IMG/VR virus record: IMGVR_UViG_3300025874_000005
Span: 64,001 to 128,000 of that record
Reading direction: 5' to 3' (one strand)
DNA length: 64,000 bases
DNA from: a virus
How positions within the stretch are numbered: position 1 is the stretch's first letter; each line of letters starts with the position of its first letter. The position numbers and the translations under genes were made by a program. Of this stretch, positions 48,216-58,079 are shown one piece after another. Below the pieces are notes generated by a model, which saw nothing but the letters and a program-made list of their open reading frames with translations, made no database searches and was not told where the DNA came from.

Positions 48216-48503
48216 ATGAGTATTAGAAAAAAATATAAACAGGAAGACCAAGAATTAGCAGCTTCTTTACAGGAAATAAACATAAATACAGCGATATTAG
48301 AAATAAAATTATTGGGTTTATCTAAAATAAAAGATAATTTATTATATGAGTGTAGATATGTTGATAGAGGAACAATTAAAACAGTGCCGATTATAGCACA
48401 AGATGTTACTCAAGCAATAGCTAAGTTAGATCCCTATGTAGAATCAGCAATCCCCGAAAACGTATTAAAAATAATGTTGGGCACAGAAAGATATAGTATA
48501 TAA
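48216..48503 (+). CDS. hypothetical protein
   Basis: Track ORF; TAATG-coupled. Confidence 0.55.
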   Translation: MSIRKKYKQEDQELAASLQEININTAILEIKLLGLSKIKDNLLYECRYVDRGTIKTVPIIAQDVTQAIAKLDPYVESAIPENVLKIMLGTERYSI

Positions 48504-49192
48504 TGATAAGAAACGGTAAACAATTTTATACAAAAGATGGAAAATTAATAGATATGTCAAGCTGGGATGTTAGTAAAGGACATCAAGATGTAGGTATTAA
48601 TTATGGCTGGGAAGGTGCTATGGCTTGGGGGAATTTAATCCATGATGAGTTAAATAAATATGGACCTGGTGTTCAACCCGGTGATGTTTATTTAGATTTA
48701 GGAGCAAATATAGGACTATCAGCTTTAAGAGCAGAATTATCAGGGGCCTCTAAATTATATTGCATTGAACCTGACCCAGGAGTATACGAGGCATTAGAAA
48801 TGAATAAATCAGATAAATGGGAGAATTTTAATTTAGCAATTGCAGACTATGATGGAGAAATAGACATACCCAAATGGCCTGATTGGTGGGATAATGTTTC
48901 ACGTCCTTGTATTACTTTAGAAAATTTTATGTATTCTAATAAAATTACACATATTGATTATATGAAAGTTGATATTGAGGGACATGAAATTAAAATTTTA
49001 CCCCAAATTCCAAAAGCTATATATGATAAAATTTCAAAAATTTTTATTGAATATCATGAGGATACTACAATTTCACCAGAAGATAGAGATAAAAAAAGAT
49101 TAGAATTTGTAAAATCAATAATATCAAAAGGATATAATAATCACTTTGTTGAAGTTGGATATCATCAAAGTTTTATTTATATTTGGAAATAA
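48503..49192 (+). CDS. FkbM-family SAM-dependent methyltransferase
   Basis: LDLGANIG, IEP, IDYMKVDIEGHE, IEYH. Confidence 0.9.
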   Translation: MIRNGKQFYTKDGKLIDMSSWDVSKGHQDVGINYGWEGAMAWGNLIHDELNKYGPGVQPGDVYLDLGANIGLSALRAELSGASKLYCIEPDPGVYEALEMNKSDKWENFNLAIADYDGEIDIPKWPDWWDNVSRPCITLENFMYSNKITHIDYMKVDIEGHEIKILPQIPKAIYDKISKIFIEYHEDTTISPEDRDKKRLEFVKSIISKGYNNHFVEVGYHQSFIYIWK

Positions 49193-49204
49193 AATAAATA
49201 AGTT

Positions 49205-49735
49205 ATGAAAATAGGTTTTTGTGGAACAATGTCAGTAGGTAAAACAACTTTAGTTAATGCTTTATCTGAACTACCAGAATTAAAAAATTATAAATTTAGA
49301 ACAGAACGTTCTAAATATCTTATGGAAATGGGAATCCCATTAAACACAGATAGTACCGTAAAAGGCCAGTCTGTATTTTTAGCTGAAAGAGCTAGTGAAC
49401 TAATGCAAAATAATATTATAACAGATAGAACTATTATTGATGTGATGGCGTTTGCTAAATGTTCTAAGTCTATGAATTACATGGAAGCAGATGATTTTTG
49501 CTCATTTGCTAGTAATATGTTAGATGAATATGATTATATATTTTATGTTTCACCTGAAGGTGTTGATATAGAAAATAATGGTGTTAGAGAAACTAATGCT
49601 GAATATAGAAAATTAATTGACCAAAACATACAGCTTTTAATTATTAAGTACAGACATAAGATAAAAAACTTAATTGAAATAAAAGGTTCAACAGAGGAAC
49701 GTATAAAGTTAGTTAAACAGTCAATTTCTTTGTGA
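49205..49735 (+). CDS. P-loop nucleotide kinase (NadR/AAA_28-like)
   Basis: GTMSVGKTT, ITDRTIID, YDYIFY, ENNGVR. Confidence 0.8.
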   Translation: MKIGFCGTMSVGKTTLVNALSELPELKNYKFRTERSKYLMEMGIPLNTDSTVKGQSVFLAERASELMQNNIITDRTIIDVMAFAKCSKSMNYMEADDFCSFASNMLDEYDYIFYVSPEGVDIENNGVRETNAEYRKLIDQNIQLLIIKYRHKIKNLIEIKGSTEERIKLVKQSISL

Positions 49736-49757
49736 TATTTATAACAAAAATACTCTA

Positions 49758-50126
49758 ATGAAGAAATCAGAATTAAAAGCATCAATTAAAGAAGAAATCC
49801 TTGAACTATTAGAAGCAGAATCTGCAGATGAAATTAGTGCTAAAGCCGATGCACAGGCTGACCTAAATAAGGAATTAGAAAAAACTCAAGACCTTATGAA
49901 AGAAGAAGATGAAGATGATGAGGATGTAATGGATAAGAAAGCTATAAAAGGAGCTAAAAAAGGAGACTCAGTATCTAAATTAGCATCAAAACTTCAACAA
50001 ACATCTGCTGAAATGAAAAAAGTAGTAAAAAAGTGGAAAAATGCTGAAGGTTCTGAAAAACAAAAACTTACGGATCGTCTAAGAGAATTAACTAAAATTA
50101 AAAAAGAACTTGAAGGTCTTCTTTAA
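49758..50126 (+). CDS. coiled-coil putative head-core protein
   Basis: MKKSELKASIKEEILE leader; late motif upstream. Confidence 0.6.
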   Translation: MKKSELKASIKEEILELLEAESADEISAKADAQADLNKELEKTQDLMKEEDEDDEDVMDKKAIKGAKKGDSVSKLASKLQQTSAEMKKVVKKWKNAEGSEKQKLTDRLRELTKIKKELEGLL

Positions 50127-50706
50127 AAATATCCAATTTCTACTTATTGTAGTTTTAGTTGTACTCCTTTTATTACAAAGGAGTTGTACTTCTGATCCAA
50201 CTATTATTGAACCTACGATTATAACAAAGGTTGAAACTAAATGGGATACTATTACTATTAACAAGATAGAATATGTACCTAAATGGGTAGAAAAAATAGT
50301 AACAGTATATGAAAATGATACTATTATAATAAATACTCCTATAGATACATTAGAAGTATTAAAAGAATACTATGCCAAAAATGTTTATGTAGATAAAATT
50401 GTATTGGATTCTTTAGGGGTTGTAACTGTAACAGATACAATTTCCCAAAATAGAATATTTTCAAGACAAATAAAATCAGATATACTAATCCCTACAAAAA
50501 CACTAACTCAAGAGATTTATTTAAATAATAGAGAATTTTATTGGGGTTTAAATATAGCAGGTAGATCATCACAAATTAATTATTTAGGTGGGGGAATATT
50601 ATACAAATCAAAAAGAAAAAACATATATGGTTTAGGGATAGGTGTTAATGAAAACTTTGAACCTATTATATCAGGTAGTTATTATATGAAAATAGGTAAA
50701 AAATAA
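50110..50706 (+). CDS. membrane-anchored/lipoprotein with C-terminal amphipathic beta strands
   Basis: TTG start; hydrophobic N-terminus ending LQRSC; DT[IL] motifs; aromatic/Gly beta-strand C-terminus. Confidence 0.6.
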   Translation: MKVFFKNIQFLLIVVLVVLLLLQRSCTSDPTIIEPTIITKVETKWDTITINKIEYVPKWVEKIVTVYENDTIIINTPIDTLEVLKEYYAKNVYVDKIVLDSLGVVTVTDTISQNRIFSRQIKSDILIPTKTLTQEIYLNNREFYWGLNIAGRSSQINYLGGGILYKSKRKNIYGLGIGVNENFEPIISGSYYMKIGKK

Positions 50707-52281
50707 ATGGCTGAAGATTTAAAAAAAATAATAAGACAAGAATATATGAAATGTGCTCAAGACCCAGCTCATTTTATGAAAAAATACTGTTTTATTCAAC
50801 ACCCTCAAAGAGGTAGAATCCAGTTTAATTTATATCCTTTTCAAGAAAAAACTTTACATTTAGTTAGAGATAATCCTTATTCAATAATATTAAAGTCAAG
50901 ACAATTAGGAATATCAACCCTATCAGCCGGTTATTCTTTATGGTTAATGTTGTTTCATAAGGATAAAAACGTGTTATGTATAGCGACTAAACAAGAAACA
51001 GCGCGTAACATGGTTACTAAGGTAAAATTCATGTATGACAATTTACCATCATGGTTATCTATAAAAGCAGAAGAAAATAACAAACTATCACTTAGATTAA
51101 ATAATGGATCTATAATTAAGGCAACATCAGCTAGTAGTGATGCTGGTAGATCAGAAGCAGTATCTTTACTATTAATAGATGAAGCAGCCTTTATTGATAA
51201 TATTGGTGAGATTTGGGCATCAGCTCAACAAACACTAGCAACTGGTGGGGGTGCTATAGTATTAAGTACTCCCTATGGTACCGGAAATTGGTTCCATAAA
51301 ACTTGGGTTAATGCAGAAGCTAATGAAAATCAATTTATACCTATTAAATTACCTTGGTTTGTCCACCCTGAAAGAAACCAGGAGTGGAGAGATAACCAAA
51401 ATGAATTATTAGGAGATCCTAGAATGGCAGCTCAAGAGTGTGATTGTGATTTTAGTACATCAGGTGATATTGTATTTTACAATGAATGGATTGAGTTTTT
51501 AAATGAAACTACTATTAAAGAGCCTATGGAAAGAAGAGGAGTAGACCAAAATTTATGGGTTTGGGAATCTGCTGATTATTCTAGAGAATATATGGTTGTA
51601 GCAGATGTTGCACGGGGTGATGGTAAAGATTATTCAGCCTGCCATGTAATGGATATAGCTACAAATACACAAGTAGCAGAATATAAAGGACAAATGCCCC
51701 CTAAAGAATTTGGATATTTTTTAACAGGTTTATCTACAGAATATAATAATGCTATGTTAGTAGTAGAAAATGCTAATATAGGGTGGGCAACCTTAGATGC
51801 GATACAAGAAAGAGGATATAAAAATTTATACCAATCCCCCAAATCCGATGCCTTAACGGCTGAGTCATTTTTAAGAGTATTTGAAGGAAATTCAGAGATG
51901 GTACCTGGGTTTACAATGTCAATGAGAACAAGACCTCTTTGTATTAATAAATTTAGAGAATTTGTAGGAGATAAATCTGTGGTAATTAGGTCAAAACGTT
52001 TAATAGAAGAAATGAAGGTATTTATCTGGAAAAACGGAAGACCAGAAGCTCAAACTGGTTATAACGATGACTTGGTTATGTCATTTGGGATTGGTATGTT
52101 TCTACGAGACACATCATTAAAATTCCAACAGCAGAGTTTAGATATGACAAGGGCAACATTAGGTAGTGTAAAATCTAATAAAGTAACATATAGTGGAGGA
52201 CATTCAGCAAACAATTCAATTGAAAATCCATATGAGATGAAAATAAATGGTAAGTCTCATGATATAGGATGGTTATTATAA
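50707..52281 (+). CDS. terminase large subunit (gp17-like)
   Basis: KSRQLGIST Walker A, LLIDEAAF Walker B, STPYG, DVARGDGKDYS, NDDLVM. Confidence 0.95.
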   Translation: MAEDLKKIIRQEYMKCAQDPAHFMKKYCFIQHPQRGRIQFNLYPFQEKTLHLVRDNPYSIILKSRQLGISTLSAGYSLWLMLFHKDKNVLCIATKQETARNMVTKVKFMYDNLPSWLSIKAEENNKLSLRLNNGSIIKATSASSDAGRSEAVSLLLIDEAAFIDNIGEIWASAQQTLATGGGAIVLSTPYGTGNWFHKTWVNAEANENQFIPIKLPWFVHPERNQEWRDNQNELLGDPRMAAQECDCDFSTSGDIVFYNEWIEFLNETTIKEPMERRGVDQNLWVWESADYSREYMVVADVARGDGKDYSACHVMDIATNTQVAEYKGQMPPKEFGYFLTGLSTEYNNAMLVVENANIGWATLDAIQERGYKNLYQSPKSDALTAESFLRVFEGNSEMVPGFTMSMRTRPLCINKFREFVGDKSVVIRSKRLIEEMKVFIWKNGRPEAQTGYNDDLVMSFGIGMFLRDTSLKFQQQSLDMTRATLGSVKSNKVTYSGGHSANNSIENPYEMKINGKSHDIGWLL

Positions 52282-52299
52282 TATTTATAAATAAATAAA

Positions 52300-54192
52300 A
52301 TGGCAGATACAGGTTTATTCCCAAGATTAAGAAGGTTATTTTCTACAGACGTAATAATTCGTAATGTAGGGGGCAGCCAACTTAAAGTTTTCGATGTTAA
52401 CAAAATCCAGCAAAGTGGAGAAATTGAAACAAACACACTAGTAGATAGATTTAATAGAATCTATTCAAATTCTTCAACATCACTATATGGTCAACAAGCT
52501 GGTTTTAACTACCAGTATTTAAGACCTATGCTATACTCAGAATATGATGCAATGGATACAGATGCTATTGTTGCATCTGCTTTAGATATTATAGCTGATG
52601 AGTCTACCCTTAAAAATGATATGGGTGAAGTGCTACAAATTAAATCTTCTGATGAAGACATCCAAAAAATATTATATAATTTATTTTATGATGTTTTAAA
52701 TATTGAATTTAATCTTTGGCCTTGGGTTAGAAATTTAGCTAAATATGGAGATTTTTTCTTAAAATTAGAAATAGCTGAAAAGTATGGAGTATATAATGTA
52801 ATACCTTATACTGCTTTCCATATTGAAAGAATGGAGGGAGATGGTGAAAACCCAACTGAAGTTAAATTTAGATTTGACCCAGAAGGAGTATCAGCATCAG
52901 ATTATGGTATGATGAGTGTACCAAATGCGGGAGTTAATAATTCCCGCTCTATTATATTTGACAACTATGAAATGGCTCATTTTCGTCTATTAACAGATAT
53001 GAACTTTTTACCTTATGGTAGATCATATATAGAGCCTGCTCGTAAATTATTTAAACAGTATGTTTTAATGGAAGATGCTATGTTAATTCATAGAATTGTT
53101 CGTGCACCTGAAAAACGTATCTTTTATATGAATGTTGGGTCAATTCCTCCAAATGAGGTAGATGCCTTTATGGAAAAAACATTAAGTAAACTTAAACGTA
53201 CTCCTCACGTAGATGAGAAAACTGGAGAGTATAACTTAAGATACAACATGCAAAACCTTTTAGAAGATTATTATATTCCTGTTAGAGGTAATGATTCAAG
53301 TACTAAAATTGAAAGTGCAAACGGGTTACAATGGGATGGGATTGCTGATGTTGAATATTTAAGAGATAAATTATTTGCTGCCTTAAAAGTACCAAAAGCA
53401 TTTTTAGGGTATGATGAAAATACGGATGGTAAAGCAACACTAGCAGCTCAAGATATTAGATTTGCACGTACTATTGAAAGAATACAAAGAATTATAGTAT
53501 CAGAATTATATAAAATAGGATTAGTCCATTTATACACTCAGGGCTATAGAGATGAACAATTAGCTAATTTTGAATTATCATTAACTACCCCATCAATTAT
53601 ATATGATCAAGAAAGGGTAGCATTAATGAAAGAAAAAATGGATTTAGCAGCTCAAATGACTGAAACTAATTTATTTCCTTCTGATTTCATTTACGACCAT
53701 TTATTCCATTTAAGTGAAGACCAATATGATGATTTTAGAGATTTGATTAGAGAAGATGCTAAACGTAAATTTAGAATAGACCAAATAGAAGCAGAAGGTA
53801 ATGATCCTGTTGAAACTGGCAAATCATATGGTACACCTCATGATTTAGCTTCACTATATGGTAAGGGTAGAATGTATTCAAACCCAGGTGATGTTCCTAA
53901 ACCTGAAACATATGATAAAGATGGAGATAAAGATGTATTAGGTAGACCAAAAGAAAAAGCTTCTAAAAGAAACACACAAGATGATAATTTTGGTAAAGAT
54001 AGATTAGGTGCTAAAGGTATAAAAAAGGATTATAATGATACAAATAAAAGTGGTATGGCTTTAGAAAATAATAGCCACTTTGCAAAGCATCAATCCATGT
54101 TAAAATCTATCCCTACAGGTAAAAAGTTAGTATTTGAAGATAAACCCGCAAAAAGTTCGCTTCTTGACGAGTCAAATATTAAGGAACAATAA
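52300..54192 (+). CDS. portal protein (gp20-like)
   Basis: MEDAMLIHRIVRAPEKRIFY, EDYYIPVRG, YLRDKLFAALKVP, DIRFARTIERIQ. Confidence 0.95.
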   Translation: MADTGLFPRLRRLFSTDVIIRNVGGSQLKVFDVNKIQQSGEIETNTLVDRFNRIYSNSSTSLYGQQAGFNYQYLRPMLYSEYDAMDTDAIVASALDIIADESTLKNDMGEVLQIKSSDEDIQKILYNLFYDVLNIEFNLWPWVRNLAKYGDFFLKLEIAEKYGVYNVIPYTAFHIERMEGDGENPTEVKFRFDPEGVSASDYGMMSVPNAGVNNSRSIIFDNYEMAHFRLLTDMNFLPYGRSYIEPARKLFKQYVLMEDAMLIHRIVRAPEKRIFYMNVGSIPPNEVDAFMEKTLSKLKRTPHVDEKTGEYNLRYNMQNLLEDYYIPVRGNDSSTKIESANGLQWDGIADVEYLRDKLFAALKVPKAFLGYDENTDGKATLAAQDIRFARTIERIQRIIVSELYKIGLVHLYTQGYRDEQLANFELSLTTPSIIYDQERVALMKEKMDLAAQMTETNLFPSDFIYDHLFHLSEDQYDDFRDLIREDAKRKFRIDQIEAEGNDPVETGKSYGTPHDLASLYGKGRMYSNPGDVPKPETYDKDGDKDVLGRPKEKASKRNTQDDNFGKDRLGAKGIKKDYNDTNKSGMALENNSHFAKHQSMLKSIPTGKKLVFEDKPAKSSLLDESNIKEQ

Positions 54193-54220
54193 TTTTAGTA
54201 TATTTATAAAAAAATATTGA

Positions 54221-55081
54221 TTGATGTATATAAAACATTCAAAATTCAGGAATACAGGCATTTTATTCGAGGTAATAGTAAGAAAAATTACATCAGAAAC
54301 CCTGTCAGGAAAAGATTCACCAGCTATTAACATTCTAAAATCCCACTTTGTAAATACTGAGTTAGGGAAAGAATATAAATTGTATGAAACTATATTTAAA
54401 TCTAAAAATCTAGATAGTACTAGAGCTAGTACAGTTTTAGATACCATATTAGAATCTTCAAAAAGACTTAATAGAACTAGGATTAGAAAAGAAAAATACA
54501 ATCTTATAAAAGAACTTAAAGCTCACTATAATGTTGAAGATTTATTTAAAACAAAACTTAATGATTATAAAGCACAGGCTTCATTGTATACTTTATTAGA
54601 AACATACAACACAGAAAAATTAATAGACCCAAATCAAATTATAGATAATAAAGTTACACTATTAGAATATTTAACATCTAAAGATATAAATAGAGATAAT
54701 GTTAAAGAAGATGTAATTGAAGAGTTTAAATCTCAAGATAAAGATATTCGTACATTAACATATTATGTATTACTAGAAAAATTTAATGATAAATACTCAA
54801 CATTAAACCCTAGACAAAAGAATATTCTTAAAGAATTTATTGAGTCTGTAGATAACACACCATCATTAAAAGAATTTTATAATAAAGAAGTTCTTTTTAT
54901 TAAAGAATCAATTAAATCTCAAATTGCTAAAACAGAAAGTAAAGTAATTAAGATTAAATTAAATGAAGTTAATTCTTTGATTAGTGAGTTAAATAAAAAA
55001 ACAACCATTAAAAGTGATCACTTAGTTGATTTGTTACAATACCATTCATTAATAGAAGAATTAACAAAATCAAATGGATAG
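54221..55081 (+). CDS. conserved head-module hypothetical protein
   Basis: KHSKFRNTGILFE start; between portal and protease; late motif upstream. Confidence 0.7.
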   Translation: MMYIKHSKFRNTGILFEVIVRKITSETLSGKDSPAINILKSHFVNTELGKEYKLYETIFKSKNLDSTRASTVLDTILESSKRLNRTRIRKEKYNLIKELKAHYNVEDLFKTKLNDYKAQASLYTLLETYNTEKLIDPNQIIDNKVTLLEYLTSKDINRDNVKEDVIEEFKSQDKDIRTLTYYVLLEKFNDKYSTLNPRQKNILKEFIESVDNTPSLKEFYNKEVLFIKESIKSQIAKTESKVIKIKLNEVNSLISELNKKTTIKSDHLVDLLQYHSLIEELTKSNG

Positions 55082-56111
55082 CATAGTAGAAAAAATAATT
55101 GGCTTGATAAAAGAAGTTAAAAGAAAAGATATTGATCCAAAATTAATAACTTGGATTGAAGATAGATATGGTCCTTGGGATGATAGAGATTTTATATCTG
55201 ATGATGGTGATACTTATTTTAAAACAGATGCTGATTATGAATCTGAAGGAGGTGGAATTTCACATAAAATAGTTAAATTGCCTTCATTTTCAGTATTAAT
55301 CAAACAATTAAAAGCAACTAGGGATGCTGCTAATGAATTAGTTAAAGGTGAATCTGTAAGAGATGATGAGATATTAAGAGATATATCTAATGAATTAAAA
55401 AGAGAATTTAATAGATTTAGAACTCATTTAAGAAAAGAATACCCAGCATTTTATGCTCAATTAAAATCTCAACTTACTAAAGAAGAATTAGAGGAAATGT
55501 CTACAACTGGCGGTGGAGCAGGTGCTGCTTCATTTACCCCGGGTACAGGAATGCAATATGCAACCCCATATGCTTTTAAAAAAGCTAAAAAAGCAGTGCA
55601 AAAAGAAGCATTACAACTAGTACATGTTTACGATAAAGATGGTAAAATGTATGGTACTGGATCAGTTGAAAAGGTAGAAGGGGATAAAACGACAGTTCGT
55701 TTTGATGGTAGTACAGTTAAAATATTTCCTAGCAATAGAGTAAAACTAGTAAAAGAGGATATTGGAGCAACATTAGGCCCAGGACCTAAAGCAGGTCCAG
55801 AAGGAGTAAAAGATAATGCATACGTAAAACAATTTAAATATAGTTTAGTACCTAAGAAAATAAAAGGATCTGGTTTAGAAGTTAAGCAGTTATTTGAAGC
55901 TGATGATGTAAAATCATTCCAACAAGAAAGAATAGCTGCTTTTGATGTAATTGAACAACAACTTAATGATATTTATAAGATGTTAAGCAATGCTAAAAAT
56001 GAAACAGGGGATTATTACACAGAAAACCCTACATCATTTTCAGTTATAAAACCAACAGATCTAGTATTAGATTATATAAAAGATATAAAAGACTTATTAA
56101 AAGGAGAATAA
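55074..56111 (+). CDS. modular putative head-internal protein
   Basis: IKE/LEE/VKE/LFE junctions; EMSTTGG...ATPYAF module; small SH3-like module. Confidence 0.6.
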   Translation: MDSIVEKIIGLIKEVKRKDIDPKLITWIEDRYGPWDDRDFISDDGDTYFKTDADYESEGGGISHKIVKLPSFSVLIKQLKATRDAANELVKGESVRDDEILRDISNELKREFNRFRTHLRKEYPAFYAQLKSQLTKEELEEMSTTGGGAGAASFTPGTGMQYATPYAFKKAKKAVQKEALQLVHVYDKDGKMYGTGSVEKVEGDKTTVRFDGSTVKIFPSNRVKLVKEDIGATLGPGPKAGPEGVKDNAYVKQFKYSLVPKKIKGSGLEVKQLFEADDVKSFQQERIAAFDVIEQQLNDIYKMLSNAKNETGDYYTENPTSFSVIKPTDLVLDYIKDIKDLLKGE

Positions 56112-57278
56112 ATGAAAACATTACAAGAACAATACAACCAAATTAAAAAGGGAAAAGGCAGTAAGCATATTTTCCTTAAAGAAGTTAAAGCTAAATATCC
56201 TAATTTAGTACGTAATGCTGCAGGATTTGATGAAGCATCATCTGCTCTAATTGGTAGAAGCATTATAGCTGAAAACCTTTATGTAGGAACAGGAAACACT
56301 AAAAAACCAGACTGGTTTAAACTTTTTGATGACAACATGAACTTAATCTCTGAGGAAGAAGCTAAAGCTATAGAAAAAAAGGTAACAAAAGGAGTAACTG
56401 ATTTACAAGCACCTGATAAAGGATACGATTATAAAGATGATAAAATGCTTAATAATGTATCTGGTGAGCAATTTCGTCAAGGATATTTTACAGAACTTAC
56501 TTGTGTATCTAATAAAGACAAAACTAAGGAAGAATTAATAGATTTAGTTATTAAAAATATTGATAAAAACCCCCTATATTATATTGAGGAAGCTCAATTT
56601 GGCATTAAAGGGATAGGATATACTGAAGATGCACCCGCTTTAGGTAAAGGTAAAATGGTTAAAGATCCGGGTGTTGGTGGTGGATATGGTGAAGCTACAA
56701 AAAAAGACTTCCCAGAAGGTGAAGTAGGTACTGGTTATTTAGAAATTAAAGAAAACAAAATGATATCATTATTAAACTTATTAGAAAATAGTCCTTTAGG
56801 TGAAAAACCAAAGGCAAAAGTAAAAAAGAAAGTAAAAAAAGAAACAACAGATAGCAAATTAGCCGAGATTGAAAATAATGGTAGAATTGCTACTCTTGAG
56901 TTACAAATTAATGCCTTAGATGAAATCATTGAAAGTAAAAATGATAGAATTTCTATGGTATCCGAAGATGAAAGTTTATCTGAATTAGTAGATAAGAAAA
57001 AAATGAAAGAAATGCAACGTGAAGTAAAAGTTCTTGAAAAGAAAAAAGCGGGCATGGAGAAAATGTATGAAAAGATGTGTGGTAAATCATACAAAAAAGT
57101 AGTTACTGAAATGGATCCTGAAGCATGGAAAAGACAAAATGGTCAAGATGCTGATTGGGCACCAAGAAATGAAGAAAGTAATGCTAACAGTAATGAAGGA
57201 TCTAACGAAAATTCAAACGAAAATTCAAACGATAATAAAGAATCATATTCAGGATTATCAAAATTTAGAACTGCATAA
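56112..57278 (+). CDS. putative prohead core protein
   Basis: Charged/coiled-coil with many [IL]-x-E sites; directly upstream of the protease. Confidence 0.55.
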   Translation: MKTLQEQYNQIKKGKGSKHIFLKEVKAKYPNLVRNAAGFDEASSALIGRSIIAENLYVGTGNTKKPDWFKLFDDNMNLISEEEAKAIEKKVTKGVTDLQAPDKGYDYKDDKMLNNVSGEQFRQGYFTELTCVSNKDKTKEELIDLVIKNIDKNPLYYIEEAQFGIKGIGYTEDAPALGKGKMVKDPGVGGGYGEATKKDFPEGEVGTGYLEIKENKMISLLNLLENSPLGEKPKAKVKKKVKKETTDSKLAEIENNGRIATLELQINALDEIIESKNDRISMVSEDESLSELVDKKKMKEMQREVKVLEKKKAGMEKMYEKMCGKSYKKVVTEMDPEAWKRQNGQDADWAPRNEESNANSNEGSNENSNENSNDNKESYSGLSKFRTA

Positions 57279-57286
57279 AACATATT

Positions 57287-57889
57287 ATGAGTCAATTACT
57301 AATAGAAACACACGTATTTAAACCTAAGGGAGTCATTTTAAATGAATCACGCTCAAAACGAGGTTTACCCTTAGTTGAAGGAATATTAGCTACTGCTGAA
57401 GTAAAAAACGGTAATGGTAGGTATTATTCTAAAGAATTGTGGGATAGAGAAATTGACAAATATAGAGTATTAGTTGATGAAAATAGAGCAATGGGAGAAT
57501 TAGACCACCCAGAATCCTCAGTAATAAATTTACAGAATGTATCACATAATATTTCTGAAATGTGGTGGGATGGAGATAATGTAATGGGTAAAATAGAAAT
57601 TTTACCTACACCAAATGGTAATATACTCAAAGCATTAGTTGAAAGTGGGATTACAGTAGGTGTGTCTTCAAGAGGAATGGGTTCATTAGAACAAAAAGGT
57701 GAATTAATGGAAGTTCAAGATGACTTTGAATTATTATGTTGGGATTTTGTCTCAACACCATCTAACCCAGACTCATTTATGCATTTAGTAAGAGAAAATA
57801 AAGAATTTAAATCACAAGATAAATATAAAAACGTAAATAATATATTAGGTGAAATATTATGTTCATACGGACATTGCCCTATATTATAG
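57287..57889 (+). CDS. prohead maturation protease (gp21-like)
   Basis: NGNGRYY, GELDHP, VSH, GVSSRGMGS, DFVSTPS. Confidence 0.95.
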   Translation: MSQLLIETHVFKPKGVILNESRSKRGLPLVEGILATAEVKNGNGRYYSKELWDREIDKYRVLVDENRAMGELDHPESSVINLQNVSHNISEMWWDGDNVMGKIEILPTPNGNILKALVESGITVGVSSRGMGSLEQKGELMEVQDDFELLCWDFVSTPSNPDSFMHLVRENKEFKSQDKYKNVNNILGEILCSYGHCPIL

Positions 57890-57919
57890 CTTAACAATAC
57901 AACCCCTGATTCCTAGAAG

Positions 57920-57950
57920 AGGCGCACTCATTTTTTTGATGCGCCTTTTC
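57920..57950 (+). terminator. probable terminator hairpin
   Basis: AGGCGCA...TGCGCCT + TTT after the protease gene. Confidence 0.55.
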
Positions 57951-58079
57951 GACTTTTATACCTTTGCATATACGTATAATTGATAATATGTCATTTCTCA
58001 TATGACATCAATAATTTTTTATTATAACCCCCATTACGTTTCTTAATAAACGTAGTTTCCCAACAAAAAATTTAGGAAA

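Noticed and set aside
57170-57235. AACGAAAATTCA micro-repeats and the 57139 ORF
   Set aside because: Low-complexity coding repeat (NENS) within the C-terminus of 56112; the overlapping ORF has no support.
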